DNA of 63,744 nucleotides, from positions 1-63,744 of the forward strand of contig CAZWBJ010000004.1 of the NCBI GenBank assembly GCA_964632175.1. The letters run 5' to 3'. Below, one piece after another: positions 55,753-63,744 of this stretch. The position numbers and the translations under genes are program-made. The notes under the pieces are model-generated. The model did no database searches and was not told where the DNA came from. It saw only the letters and a list, made by a program, of their open reading frames with translations. Position 1 is the first letter of the stretch; each line of letters begins with the position of its first letter. The stretch is from Candidatus Hadarchaeota archaeon (GTDB lineage Archaea; Hadarchaeota; Hadarchaeia; Hadarchaeales; JAWBSP01).

Positions 55753-58401
55753 CTAGTTCCCCGGTTCGAAAATCACGAGGGTCAGGGAAAACTCTGGTAA
55801 CTCCTCCACGCAGGCGGAAATCCCCTCCACCTTGGTTTCCTTGAGGAGCACGAGATCCTCTCCCGTGAGGGAAATCTCCTCCCCCTCCACCTGAAGGGAG
55901 ATTTTCCCCTTTGTCTGGAGTTCCTTGGCAAGCTGAACAGGATCCGCTCTCGAGAGGATCTCCTGAATACTTTTTGTCTTCTTCCTAAAGGTGGGCCCTA
56001 CCCTTGGCAGGTTCAGTTTTACTCCCAAAATTCTCTCTGACACAGGGGGTTTCCCCTCAAGGATTTCCAGCTTCTCCACCTGCATGGTTCCCTTCACATC
56101 TTCCGCCACTCCTTTGACCTCCTCTGGGTTTCGGCAGTATATCTGTACACAGGGGAGGGGCTGGTTGAGGGGCATGCCCCGATTCGACTTGAACTTTCTA
56201 AGAGAAGAGATGATAGAATTGAGCATTTCTCCCGCCTTCTCGACTTTTTCGTCTATAAACTCGCGTTCCACCTCCGGCCAAGCGGAGAGGTGAACGCTTC
56301 TCTCCCCTTCCCCAAGGGTCTGGTAGACCTCTTCGGCGAAATGGGGGAAGAAGGGGGCGAGCATCTTCACGGTTTTGACGATGACCTCTCTGAGGGCGAA
56401 AGCCGCCGCGCCAGAGGTTGGGCTTCCCCCGTAGAGCCTGTGCTTGACCTCCTCCAAGTACATGTCGCAGAAATCGTGCCAGATAAAAGTGTGGAGCGTC
56501 CTGAGGCCCTCGTTGAACTGGAAGTCCTCCAGGCATCTTGTCACCGCCTCTATGGTTCGGTTGAGCCGGCTCAGGATCCAGCGGTCTGGCACCAGCAGTT
56601 GGGAGGGCGCGGAGCGGGAGAGATGGGGGAGGGAGAAGCGCACGGCGTTCCAGAACTTGGTCATGAGGCGGCGGCAGAACTCCACCTCCTTCCAGCTGAA
56701 GGGTATGTCCGAGCCCGTCGAGGCTCCCAGAACGGCCCATCCCCTCAGCGCGTCGGCACCGTGCTTCTTTCTAGCGGTGCTCGTGTCCACATAGTTGCCC
56801 AGGGATTTGGACATCTTTCTACCGTCCTCCCCGCAGACCATCCCGTTTATGAGAACCACTCTGTACGGCACCTCCCCCAGGAGGGCGAGATGGCGGATCA
56901 TGAGGTAGTAGTCCCAGGTCCTTATGATATCCGTCCCGTTTGGCTGGAGGTCGGCCGGGAAGAGGCGCCGGTCTAGGTTTGGCCATCCCGCGTGGCAGGC
57001 GATGGTTATGGAGCTGTCCATCCAGGTGTCCAGCACGTCCCTCTCCGGCGTGAAGGAGGTGCAGCCGCATTTGGGGCATCTCTCCACCGGGGGCTTGCTC
57101 TTCTCTGGGATGACCGGCACTTGATTCTCCTCTGCCACGACCACCTCTCCACAGGAGGAGCAGTACCAGGCGGGGATGGGGGTGGCAAAGATCCTCTGCC
57201 TGGATATCACCCAGTCCCACTCCATGGACTTGACCCAGTCCACGAATCTCTGTTTCATGTAAGGCGGGACCCACCTAACCTTCTCAGCTCCCTCTAGAGC
57301 CTTGGGGTTGAGTTCCGAAACCTTCAGGAACCACTGTGGCTTGCTCAGTATCTCAACCGGTGTGTTGCATCTCCAGCAAACTCCAACTTCCTGTGGGAGC
57401 TCCTCCTCTTTTTCCACGAGCCCGTTTTCCCTCATTTTTTGCACGATTCTCTCCCTTCCCTCTTCCACCCCTAACCCAGAGAATTCCCCAGCCCCCACCA
57501 GCCTTCCCTTCTCATCCATGCCTCTGATTACCGGAAGTCCATGGCGCTTCACCCAGCGCACGTCTGTTTTGTCCCCGAAGGTGCAAATCATCACCACCCC
57601 AGTCCCGAACTGCGGGTCCACCTCCGGGTCCTCGATGATTCTCACCCTCCGCTCGAAAAGCGGGACCACCAGCTCCCTCCCGACGTAGTTTTTGTACCTT
57701 GTATCTTCCGGGTGAACGGCAACCGTGACGCAGGCATGCAGGTACTCCGGTCTCGTGGTGGCGATGCTCAGGTACTCACCGCTGTCCGCCAGCCTGAACT
57801 TTATATAATAAAGCTTGGCGATTCTGGGCTCGTACTCCACCTCGGCATCGGCGATGGCCGTCTCGCATCTGGGGCACCAGTTCACCGGGTGTTCCCCCCG
57901 GTAGATCAACCCCTTCTTGTAGAGCAGGATGAAAGAGAGCTGGGTCCGCCCGAAGTAAGAGGGGTCCATGGTCTCATACTCGGTGGACCAGTCTATGGAG
58001 AAGCCGAGCGATTTCATTTCCTCCCTCATGTGGGCGATGTTCTCCTTGGTTAGATGGATGCAGAGTTCTCTGAACTTTTCAGGCGGGAGGTCACCTTTTT
58101 TAATCCCGTACCTCCTCTCCACCTGCACCTCCGTTGGAAGTCCGTGGCAGTCCCAGCCTTGGGGAAAGAAGACGTTGAAGCCCCTCATTCTCTTGTACCT
58201 TGCCACGATGTCGAAGTAGGTCCAGTTCAGTGCCGTCCCCATGTGGAACTCCCCGCTCGGGTAAGGCGGCGGCGTGTCGATCACATAGGTCGGTGATTTG
58301 TGGTCGTCCCATCTAAACCTGTAGATCCCCTGCTCCTCCCACTTCTTCTGCCACTTCTCCTCCACCTTGAGGGGGTCGTATTCCTTCGGAAGTTCGGGCA
58401 T
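55753..58401 (-). CDS. valS: valyl-tRNA synthetase
   Basis: 882 aa. The N-terminus is colinear with Pyrococcus ValRS as I recall it (IDTPPP..SG..H.G......DI.ARYKRMRG.NV.FPQG.D.HGLPTE). KMSKSLGN is present. The HIGH box reads HMGT (see findings). Confidence 0.88.
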   Translation of the reverse strand: MPELPKEYDPLKVEEKWQKKWEEQGIYRFRWDDHKSPTYVIDTPPPYPSGEFHMGTALNWTYFDIVARYKRMRGFNVFFPQGWDCHGLPTEVQVERRYGIKKGDLPPEKFRELCIHLTKENIAHMREEMKSLGFSIDWSTEYETMDPSYFGRTQLSFILLYKKGLIYRGEHPVNWCPRCETAIADAEVEYEPRIAKLYYIKFRLADSGEYLSIATTRPEYLHACVTVAVHPEDTRYKNYVGRELVVPLFERRVRIIEDPEVDPQFGTGVVMICTFGDKTDVRWVKRHGLPVIRGMDEKGRLVGAGEFSGLGVEEGRERIVQKMRENGLVEKEEELPQEVGVCWRCNTPVEILSKPQWFLKVSELNPKALEGAEKVRWVPPYMKQRFVDWVKSMEWDWVISRQRIFATPIPAWYCSSCGEVVVAEENQVPVIPEKSKPPVERCPKCGCTSFTPERDVLDTWMDSSITIACHAGWPNLDRRLFPADLQPNGTDIIRTWDYYLMIRHLALLGEVPYRVVLINGMVCGEDGRKMSKSLGNYVDTSTARKKHGADALRGWAVLGASTGSDIPFSWKEVEFCRRLMTKFWNAVRFSLPHLSRSAPSQLLVPDRWILSRLNRTIEAVTRCLEDFQFNEGLRTLHTFIWHDFCDMYLEEVKHRLYGGSPTSGAAAFALREVIVKTVKMLAPFFPHFAEEVYQTLGEGERSVHLSAWPEVEREFIDEKVEKAGEMLNSIISSLRKFKSNRGMPLNQPLPCVQIYCRNPEEVKGVAEDVKGTMQVEKLEILEGKPPVSERILGVKLNLPRVGPTFRKKTKSIQEILSRADPVQLAKELQTKGKISLQVEGEEISLTGEDLVLLKETKVEGISACVEELPEFSLTLVIFEPGN

Positions 58402-58457
58402 TCAGGTCTGCTTCAGGAAAAATTAACCGTTTGCGGGGCTCCTCTCTTTCCCAGAGA

Positions 58458-59564
58458 CTAGGTCAGGAGCCAGGGATTTCCTATCCTCACCTTTTCCAGC
58501 CCTTCCTCCTCGCATATCCTCAGGTACTTCTCGGCATCCTCCCTCCTCGTCCTCGGAAGGTCGTCCATGAAATAGGTGGGATGGAAGGCGAGCAGCGAAT
58601 AGGGAATGGTGGGGTCCAGCCGAGCAATGAAGGAGGCGAGGAGGCGGATTTCCTCCTCGTCGATATATCCCGGGACTAGAAGGGTGCTGGCACGCACAAA
58701 GGGCACCTCCGGCCTTTTCCTGTGGAGCTTGGCGAGCTTCTCAAAATTAACGTACGCGACCCTGTGCCTGACCCCGCTGAGCGCGTACAGGAGCTCCGTG
58801 GACCAGCACTTCAGGTCCGCCTTTATTCCCCCCCCGCTTTTTAGCGAAAGGGGGGCGAACCTCTCCAGATCCTCCCACCTCATGTTCAGGTTGGTCTCTA
58901 GGCAGATCCTCAGGAGCCTCCCTCCCGCCCGCTCGAGCATCTTCTCGGAGGAGGCTTGGACGAAGGGCATCTGGCTTGAGGGGTCCCCACCGAAGAAGCA
59001 GACGCACCCTACCCTTTCGTTCGCTTTTTCGGCCAGCTCGGAGGCGGTGTAGGTGGGCCTGCCCATCTCGGTGAGCTCCCTAAAGCTGAAGTTCTGACAA
59101 AAGAGGCAGCTGTAGGTGCAGCTCCCGAGGAAGACTGCGAGGTTGTAAAATCCTATATCTCCCCGTGGCGTCCTGCACCACTTGGGATATCCTGCCCCTC
59201 CCGATCCAGCGCAGAACTCAGCGGGGACGCAGTTGGTGGGCAGTGGGTCGTAATAGAACTGGAGTAGCCCCTTCTCGGGGGTCCCGAAGAGTCTCACCAG
59301 CTTTCCGCCCCGGTTCTCGACCAGACCGCAAAAGCCCCTTCCCCCTTCCGGGATTCTGCACCCGTTTCCGCACCCCATGCAGGGCGAGCCTTCAGGAGCC
59401 CCGGGAATCTCCGGCGGGAGACCGTACCCGGAGCGAACCCTCCTATGGGCTTCTTTGAGGTGGGGTTCGGCCTCTTCGAATCTCTCCCTGATGCATCTCC
59501 CGCAAACCCCTAGAACTCTAGATATCTCTCTAGCTTCCCCGCCGCAGACCCTACAGGCACCCAA
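58458..59564 (-). CDS. radical SAM enzyme (PflA-activase-like / AmmeMemoRadiSam-type)
   Basis: 368 aa. N-terminal Cys-rich segments (CRVCGG...CGRC; CMGCGNGCRIPEGGRGFCG) and the CxxxCxxC motif SCTYSCLFCQN. Confidence 0.72.
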   Translation of the reverse strand: MGACRVCGGEAREISRVLGVCGRCIRERFEEAEPHLKEAHRRVRSGYGLPPEIPGAPEGSPCMGCGNGCRIPEGGRGFCGLVENRGGKLVRLFGTPEKGLLQFYYDPLPTNCVPAEFCAGSGGAGYPKWCRTPRGDIGFYNLAVFLGSCTYSCLFCQNFSFRELTEMGRPTYTASELAEKANERVGCVCFFGGDPSSQMPFVQASSEKMLERAGGRLLRICLETNLNMRWEDLERFAPLSLKSGGGIKADLKCWSTELLYALSGVRHRVAYVNFEKLAKLHRKRPEVPFVRASTLLVPGYIDEEEIRLLASFIARLDPTIPYSLLAFHPTYFMDDLPRTRREDAEKYLRICEEEGLEKVRIGNPWLLT

Positions 59565-59567
59565 GAT

Positions 59568-60137
59568 TTACTTTATATTGATCTTTTCCCCACCCTTCTC
59601 CTCCGGCTGCCGCCTCAGGATGACATCCAGCACCCCGTTGGTGTAGCTCGCGTCCACGTTCTTGGGGTCGACCTTAGCCGGAAGCTCGATTTCCTTGTAG
59701 TATTTTCTTTCCCCGTGCTGGGCGGAGATAACCAGCTTGGTTTCGGTGGCTCTGAGATCGATGTCTTCCTTGCTCACCCCCGGGATCTCAGCCACCACCC
59801 TGATGATGTTGGGGGAGGGGATGACCTCCACAAATGGCTCCCTGCTCTCGGTGGGCTGCGGGATGGGTGTGGGCTTGAGGTTGCCGAACGTGCGAACCCG
59901 TGGCACGCCGTCAGGCCCTATGGTCATGGAATACCCATAGATGACCGGTCCGAAGCTCTTCACCACCGAGCCGTCCGGAAGCTTCCTCTCCTTGAAGAAT
60001 TCCTTTGGAGCGAACTCCTGCATCTCCTTGAAGACCTCCTCGAAGAACTTGTCCATCTCCCTGAAAAGTCTGAAAAAGGGTTTCCGCCTGAAGGGCCACC
60101 ATTCTTCAAACCAGTCGTCCATCACTTTTCTGGCCAC
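59568..60137 (-). CDS. hsp20: small heat-shock protein (Hsp20 / alpha-crystallin)
   Basis: 189 aa. The alpha-crystallin domain is VEVIPSPNIIRVVAEIPGVSKEDIDL...IELPAKVDPKNVDASYTNGVLDVIL. Confidence 0.9.
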   Translation of the reverse strand: MARKVMDDWFEEWWPFRRKPFFRLFREMDKFFEEVFKEMQEFAPKEFFKERKLPDGSVVKSFGPVIYGYSMTIGPDGVPRVRTFGNLKPTPIPQPTESREPFVEVIPSPNIIRVVAEIPGVSKEDIDLRATETKLVISAQHGERKYYKEIELPAKVDPKNVDASYTNGVLDVILRRQPEEKGGEKINIK

Positions 60138-60285
60138 CTGGTTTTTACCTTTATCCCCGAGAAGACTCCTACCGTTAAGGGCCCGAAAAACAGGGGGAAG
60201 GCCAGGGTCAGGCTAGCTAATGGGAAACTGGTGAACCAGCAAGTCTCGCGATGAATCAGGAAGTTCCTGCGAAAGCCGGGGTAGT

Positions 60286-61005
60286 TCACCTAAATTTTTT
60301 CTGCAACGTTTTGTAGAGTTCCTCCCCCATTCTTCTGAACTCCTTGGCTGAGGGGGAGCTGGGCTTATATTTTATCACCGGGACGCCCATGGCGGTCGCC
60401 TCCCTGACCTTTGGGTCGTCTGGAATCTTCGCGAGGATGGGCCACCCCAGGATCCTCTTTATTTCAGTGTCGGAGAGTTCATAGGGCTCCCCCCTGACCA
60501 TGTTCAGCACCGCCCCTATCATGTGTGCGCCGCAGATCTCGGCGGCCTTGAAGGTCTTGAGGGTGGAGGCCACGGTGGGGGTGTCTGGGTTGGAGATGGC
60601 TATCACCTCATCCATAACTTTCATGGCCGCGAGGGCCTCACTCCCGATTCCGGGCGCGGTGTCTATGATGAGGAGGGAGCATCTCTTCTTCAGCCTCTCC
60701 ACATGCTCGCAGATGTCGTAGGGATGGATCTCCTTCCCGTAGGCGAGCGAACCCGGGACGATGTTGACGCCCTGCAGCTTCACGATGGCCTTCTCGAGCG
60801 GGATTCGATTGGCCAGTACGTCGTGTATGGTATTCTTTGGGTTCAGCTCCCCGAAGTGCATAGCAAGGTTAGGGGCGGAGAGGTTGGCATCGAACAGGAT
60901 CAGCTTGTCGCCGAGCTTCTCGTGAAAAAACATCCCCAGGTTTGCTGCCAGAGTAGTCTTCCCCACTCCCCCCTTGCAGGAGGAAAAGCCCAGAGCGATT
61001 CCCAT
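60286..61005 (-). CDS. MinD/ParA-superfamily P-loop ATPase (second copy)
   Basis: The probable ATG at 61005 gives MGIALGFSSCKGGVGKTTLAANLG. The ORF-track start at 61035 is a GTG. Confidence 0.8.
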   Translation of the reverse strand: MGIALGFSSCKGGVGKTTLAANLGMFFHEKLGDKLILFDANLSAPNLAMHFGELNPKNTIHDVLANRIPLEKAIVKLQGVNIVPGSLAYGKEIHPYDICEHVERLKKRCSLLIIDTAPGIGSEALAAMKVMDEVIAISNPDTPTVASTLKTFKAAEICGAHMIGAVLNMVRGEPYELSDTEIKRILGWPILAKIPDDPKVREATAMGVPVIKYKPSSPSAKEFRRMGEELYKTLQKKFR

Positions 61006-61042
61006 ATATAAAAAATCACAGTGTGTATAAAGCACGAGCAGG

Positions 61043-62419
61043 CTAGGAGGCGATCTTTACCCTCTCCTTCAGTAGCTCTTTGATCCTCCTAGGATCCGCC
61101 TTCCCCCCCGAAAGCGCGAGAGCCCTGCCCACTAGAAAGTCGAGGGCCTTTTCCTGCCCGGCGAGATAATCCTGCACCGCCTGCTGGTTTTCCCCCACCA
61201 CTCTGTCGAGGATGCTCGAGAGCTCAGCCAGCTCCATGGGCACTAGACCCAGCCTTTGAAGGATTTCTCGCGGTTCGCAGGGCCTTACAGCGAGCTCCCT
61301 CAGCACCAGCTCTCCCTGTTCCGGTGTGATTTCCCCACGCTGGACCATTCCCAGGAGTTTGGAGAGCTGGGCCGGCGTACAGGGTAGATCCGAGGCCTTA
61401 AGGTGCAGGTAGTTGAGGACCTTTTTTAGCCTGGTTCTAAACCATTGGGCAGCGAGCCTTGGGTCCACCTCCTTGCAGACCTCTTCGTATAAATCGGCGA
61501 GCGCCTTCTCACTTACCAGAACGGAGGCTTCCCGCTTAGAAATCCCATACTGTTGCATGAGTCTCATTTCCCTGAGGTTGGGGGGTTCAGGTAGCTCTTT
61601 CTTCACCCGCTCCACAAGTCCCTCTTCGAGCAGCAGGGGGTAAAGATCGGGGTCGGGGATGTAGCGGTAGTCCTCCTCCGTCTCCTTCGTCCTCATGGTG
61701 GTGGTTATCATTTGGGATTCGAGGAAAGCTCTAGTCTCCCTCTCCACCTTCTCCCCCCTCCTGAGGCGCTCGGCCTGCCTCATGAGTTCAAACTTCAGGG
61801 CCCTGTAGACCCCCCTGACCGAGTTTATGTTTTTTATCTCCACCCTCGCCCCACCCTCTATGGAGACGTTGACATCCACCCTCATGGCCCCGCCGGCTTC
61901 CCCCCTAACCTTCCCGGAATACTCCAGCGTCCTTATAAGCTCCCTCAGGAAGGATCTGGCCTCCTCCGGGCTCCTCACGTCCGGCTCCGTGACAATCTCT
62001 ATGAGTGGAATCCCGGATCGGTTGAAGTCCACGCTTCCGGAGGCAGGATCGTACTTGCCCGGGTCCTCTTCCAGATGGACCTCTCTTATCCTCACTCCCC
62101 CTAGCATGCCGCAGGTGGCGAGCGGTGTGCTGGTTCGCTGGTACCCGGAGGGGAGGTCGGGGTAATCGTAGTGCTTCCGCTGGATGTATATTTTCTGACC
62201 TACGACAGGTTTGCAGCCCAAGAGGAGGGAGATGGCTAGGGCGGCTTCCACTGCCGCTTCATTCGGTGGCATGGGTTTGGCTCCCGGCATCCCCGTGCAA
62301 ATGGGGCAGATGTTGGTATTAGGTGGAACGGAGGCATAATCGGTGGGGCAGGAGCAATAAAGCTTCTGCTGGGTGGCGATCTGTAGGTGTATCTCAAAAC
62401 CTATTTTGGCTTCCGGCAT
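61043..62419 (-). CDS. gatB: Asp-tRNA(Asn)/Glu-tRNA(Gln) amidotransferase subunit B
   Basis: 458 aa. KIGFEIHLQI..QQKLYCSCP and a C-terminal YqeY-like tail (FLVGRALALSGGKADP). The size fits GatB rather than GatE. Confidence 0.9.
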   Translation of the reverse strand: MPEAKIGFEIHLQIATQQKLYCSCPTDYASVPPNTNICPICTGMPGAKPMPPNEAAVEAALAISLLLGCKPVVGQKIYIQRKHYDYPDLPSGYQRTSTPLATCGMLGGVRIREVHLEEDPGKYDPASGSVDFNRSGIPLIEIVTEPDVRSPEEARSFLRELIRTLEYSGKVRGEAGGAMRVDVNVSIEGGARVEIKNINSVRGVYRALKFELMRQAERLRRGEKVERETRAFLESQMITTTMRTKETEEDYRYIPDPDLYPLLLEEGLVERVKKELPEPPNLREMRLMQQYGISKREASVLVSEKALADLYEEVCKEVDPRLAAQWFRTRLKKVLNYLHLKASDLPCTPAQLSKLLGMVQRGEITPEQGELVLRELAVRPCEPREILQRLGLVPMELAELSSILDRVVGENQQAVQDYLAGQEKALDFLVGRALALSGGKADPRRIKELLKERVKIAS

Positions 62420-62683
62420 AATCCCACCATGTATACAAAGGAGCCGGAGGGTATAACATGTTATTCACCAGATCCCCCCTGTGTCTTTTCGAATAATAAA
62501 AAGTAAAAAAAAGGAAGTTTTACGTGTGAGTTAGCAAAAAGGGCTATTTCGCCGAGTTTCTCCCGAATTTCCCTCAAGATTATACTGGTTATAAGATATC
62601 CTCGGGGGATTTTTGTTTTGAACTGAGCTGAGGCTGGAACTGGGTTCCTTTACTCAAAACAGTCTTCTCTCGTCCCGTTATAG

Positions 62684-63661
62684 ATGATAAGCATCGAGAG
62701 CAATGGTTCGGTGCTCCTCGGCCGGCAGTTCTGCTGTGATGCTCATTCTCCACGAGCTGTGAGGATCGTGACCCACGCCCACTGGGATCACGTGCTTGGA
62801 CTGGAGGATAGCCTAAAGAGCTGCCAGGTGATCTACATGACAGCCGCCACCAAGGAACTCATTCAAGTCCTGAGGGGCCCGCTTCCAGAAGGAAAGGTCC
62901 GGGTGCTGGAATACGACAGGCCGGTCAGGGTGGGTGAGGAGGTTCTCACCCTTCTTCCGTCCGACCACATTCTCGGTTCCTGTCAGGTGAGGGTTCGGGA
63001 TGGGGAAGGAAATACGCTCACGTACACGGGGGACTTCAGGCTCCCCCGCACTCCTGTTCCTGAGACGGAGGAGCTCGTGATAGAGGCAACATACGGGAAT
63101 CCCCGAAACAGGAGGGCGTTCGGGCAGAGAGTGGAGGAAGAGGCGGAAGGGCTGGTGAGGCGGATGCTCGCCTCGGGGCCGGTTTACATCTTCGGCTACC
63201 ACGGAAAGCTACAGGAGTTTATTGGCATCCTCCGCCAGAGGGACATCGACGCTCCAGTACTCATGCCCAAGAAAGTTTATGAGGTTTCTAAGGTTTGCGA
63301 GCGTTTTGGGATGAAGCTGGGGGAATTCCTGCTGGCAGAATCTGAGGAGGGCAAAGAGATCAGAAAGGGTGGGAGGTTCATCGGAGCCTATTCCATGGGG
63401 TTCGGAAGGTTCATAGGTGGTCGGGTCACCCGCATATACTTAAGCGGTTGGGAGTTCGAGCGACCAGTCAGGCAGGTTTCCCTTAACGAATACGTGGTGG
63501 CCTTCAGCGATCACGCGGATTTCGATGGGCTGATGGAGTATGTGAGGCTGAGCAAACCAAGATATGTGATCACTGATAACTTCAGGGTAGGTGACGCGCC
63601 GAGCTTGGCAAGGGAAATAAAGAAAAGATTCGGGATACGAGCCCAGCCCATGCCCAAATGA
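62684..63661 (+). CDS. metallo-beta-lactamase-fold hydrolase (beta-CASP-related exonuclease-like)
   Basis: 325 aa. The MBL motif THAHWDH and the C-terminal SDHADFDGLMEYV. The subfamily is uncertain. Confidence 0.72.
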   Translation: MISIESNGSVLLGRQFCCDAHSPRAVRIVTHAHWDHVLGLEDSLKSCQVIYMTAATKELIQVLRGPLPEGKVRVLEYDRPVRVGEEVLTLLPSDHILGSCQVRVRDGEGNTLTYTGDFRLPRTPVPETEELVIEATYGNPRNRRAFGQRVEEEAEGLVRRMLASGPVYIFGYHGKLQEFIGILRQRDIDAPVLMPKKVYEVSKVCERFGMKLGEFLLAESEEGKEIRKGGRFIGAYSMGFGRFIGGRVTRIYLSGWEFERPVRQVSLNEYVVAFSDHADFDGLMEYVRLSKPRYVITDNFRVGDAPSLAREIKKRFGIRAQPMPK

Positions 63662-63744
63662 CAGGCCCCGGAGCTGGGAAGCTCGAACTGAGGCCGAGGT
63701 CTTTCTAGAGCCGGGGCACTTCAAGCTGGAGGGGGCTTCGGTTT

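Noticed and set aside
63440-63724. The 94-aa minus-strand ORF at the window end.
   Set aside because: It lies antisense to the well-supported MBL-hydrolase gene, and no motif was recognised.

Overview
This is a GC-rich, gene-dense archaeal chromosomal segment. The archaeal assignment rests on the gene content: aEF-2, aRF1, an A1AO ATP synthase, archaeal-type SAM synthetase, archaeosine TGT, the HMG-CoA synthase/thiolase/DUF35 trio and SecDF. The protein composition looks thermophile-like, but the organism cannot be named from the sequence alone. About 73 protein genes and 2 tRNAs (Arg-GCG, Leu-CAG) can be supported, and many are translationally coupled through ATGA/GTGA/TTGA overlaps. I saw no rRNA, CRISPR array, transposase or integrase.

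Main blocks:
- Pyrimidine genes (pyrK fragment, pyrC, pyrD, pyrG, with pyrH elsewhere).
- An Rnf complex split into rnfGEAB (8.0-10.5 kb) and rnfCD (20.4-22.5 kb).
- An ApbE flavin transferase fused to a 12-13 TM MOP-flippase-like domain.
- An A1AO ATP synthase with atpA/atpB detached and inverted relative to atpHIKECF-D.
- Mevalonate entry enzymes, secDF, and translation factors and aaRSs (tyrS, valS, gatB, EF-2, aRF1).
- PEPCK, two Lrp regulators and two MinD-like ATPases.

Signals not explained by ordinary annotation:
1. A conserved GTTAC-N4-GTAAC palindrome with extended flanks occurs 7 times in the first 12.3 kb. Two copies are identical 26-mers and one lies in frame inside a CDS.
2. The MOP-like/ApbE fusion sits next to rnfG and may be an FAD export plus flavinylation module.
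3. A tightly coupled operon combines a PrsW-like and an HExxH membrane protease with a signal-anchored repeat protein.
4. The c subunit is of the NtpK type with a complete Na+-binding signature, alongside Rnf.
5. A roughly 590-bp non-coding gap upstream of rnfC contains a start-less, protein-like ORF.

All functional calls come from motif and family recognition by eye. No database search was run.
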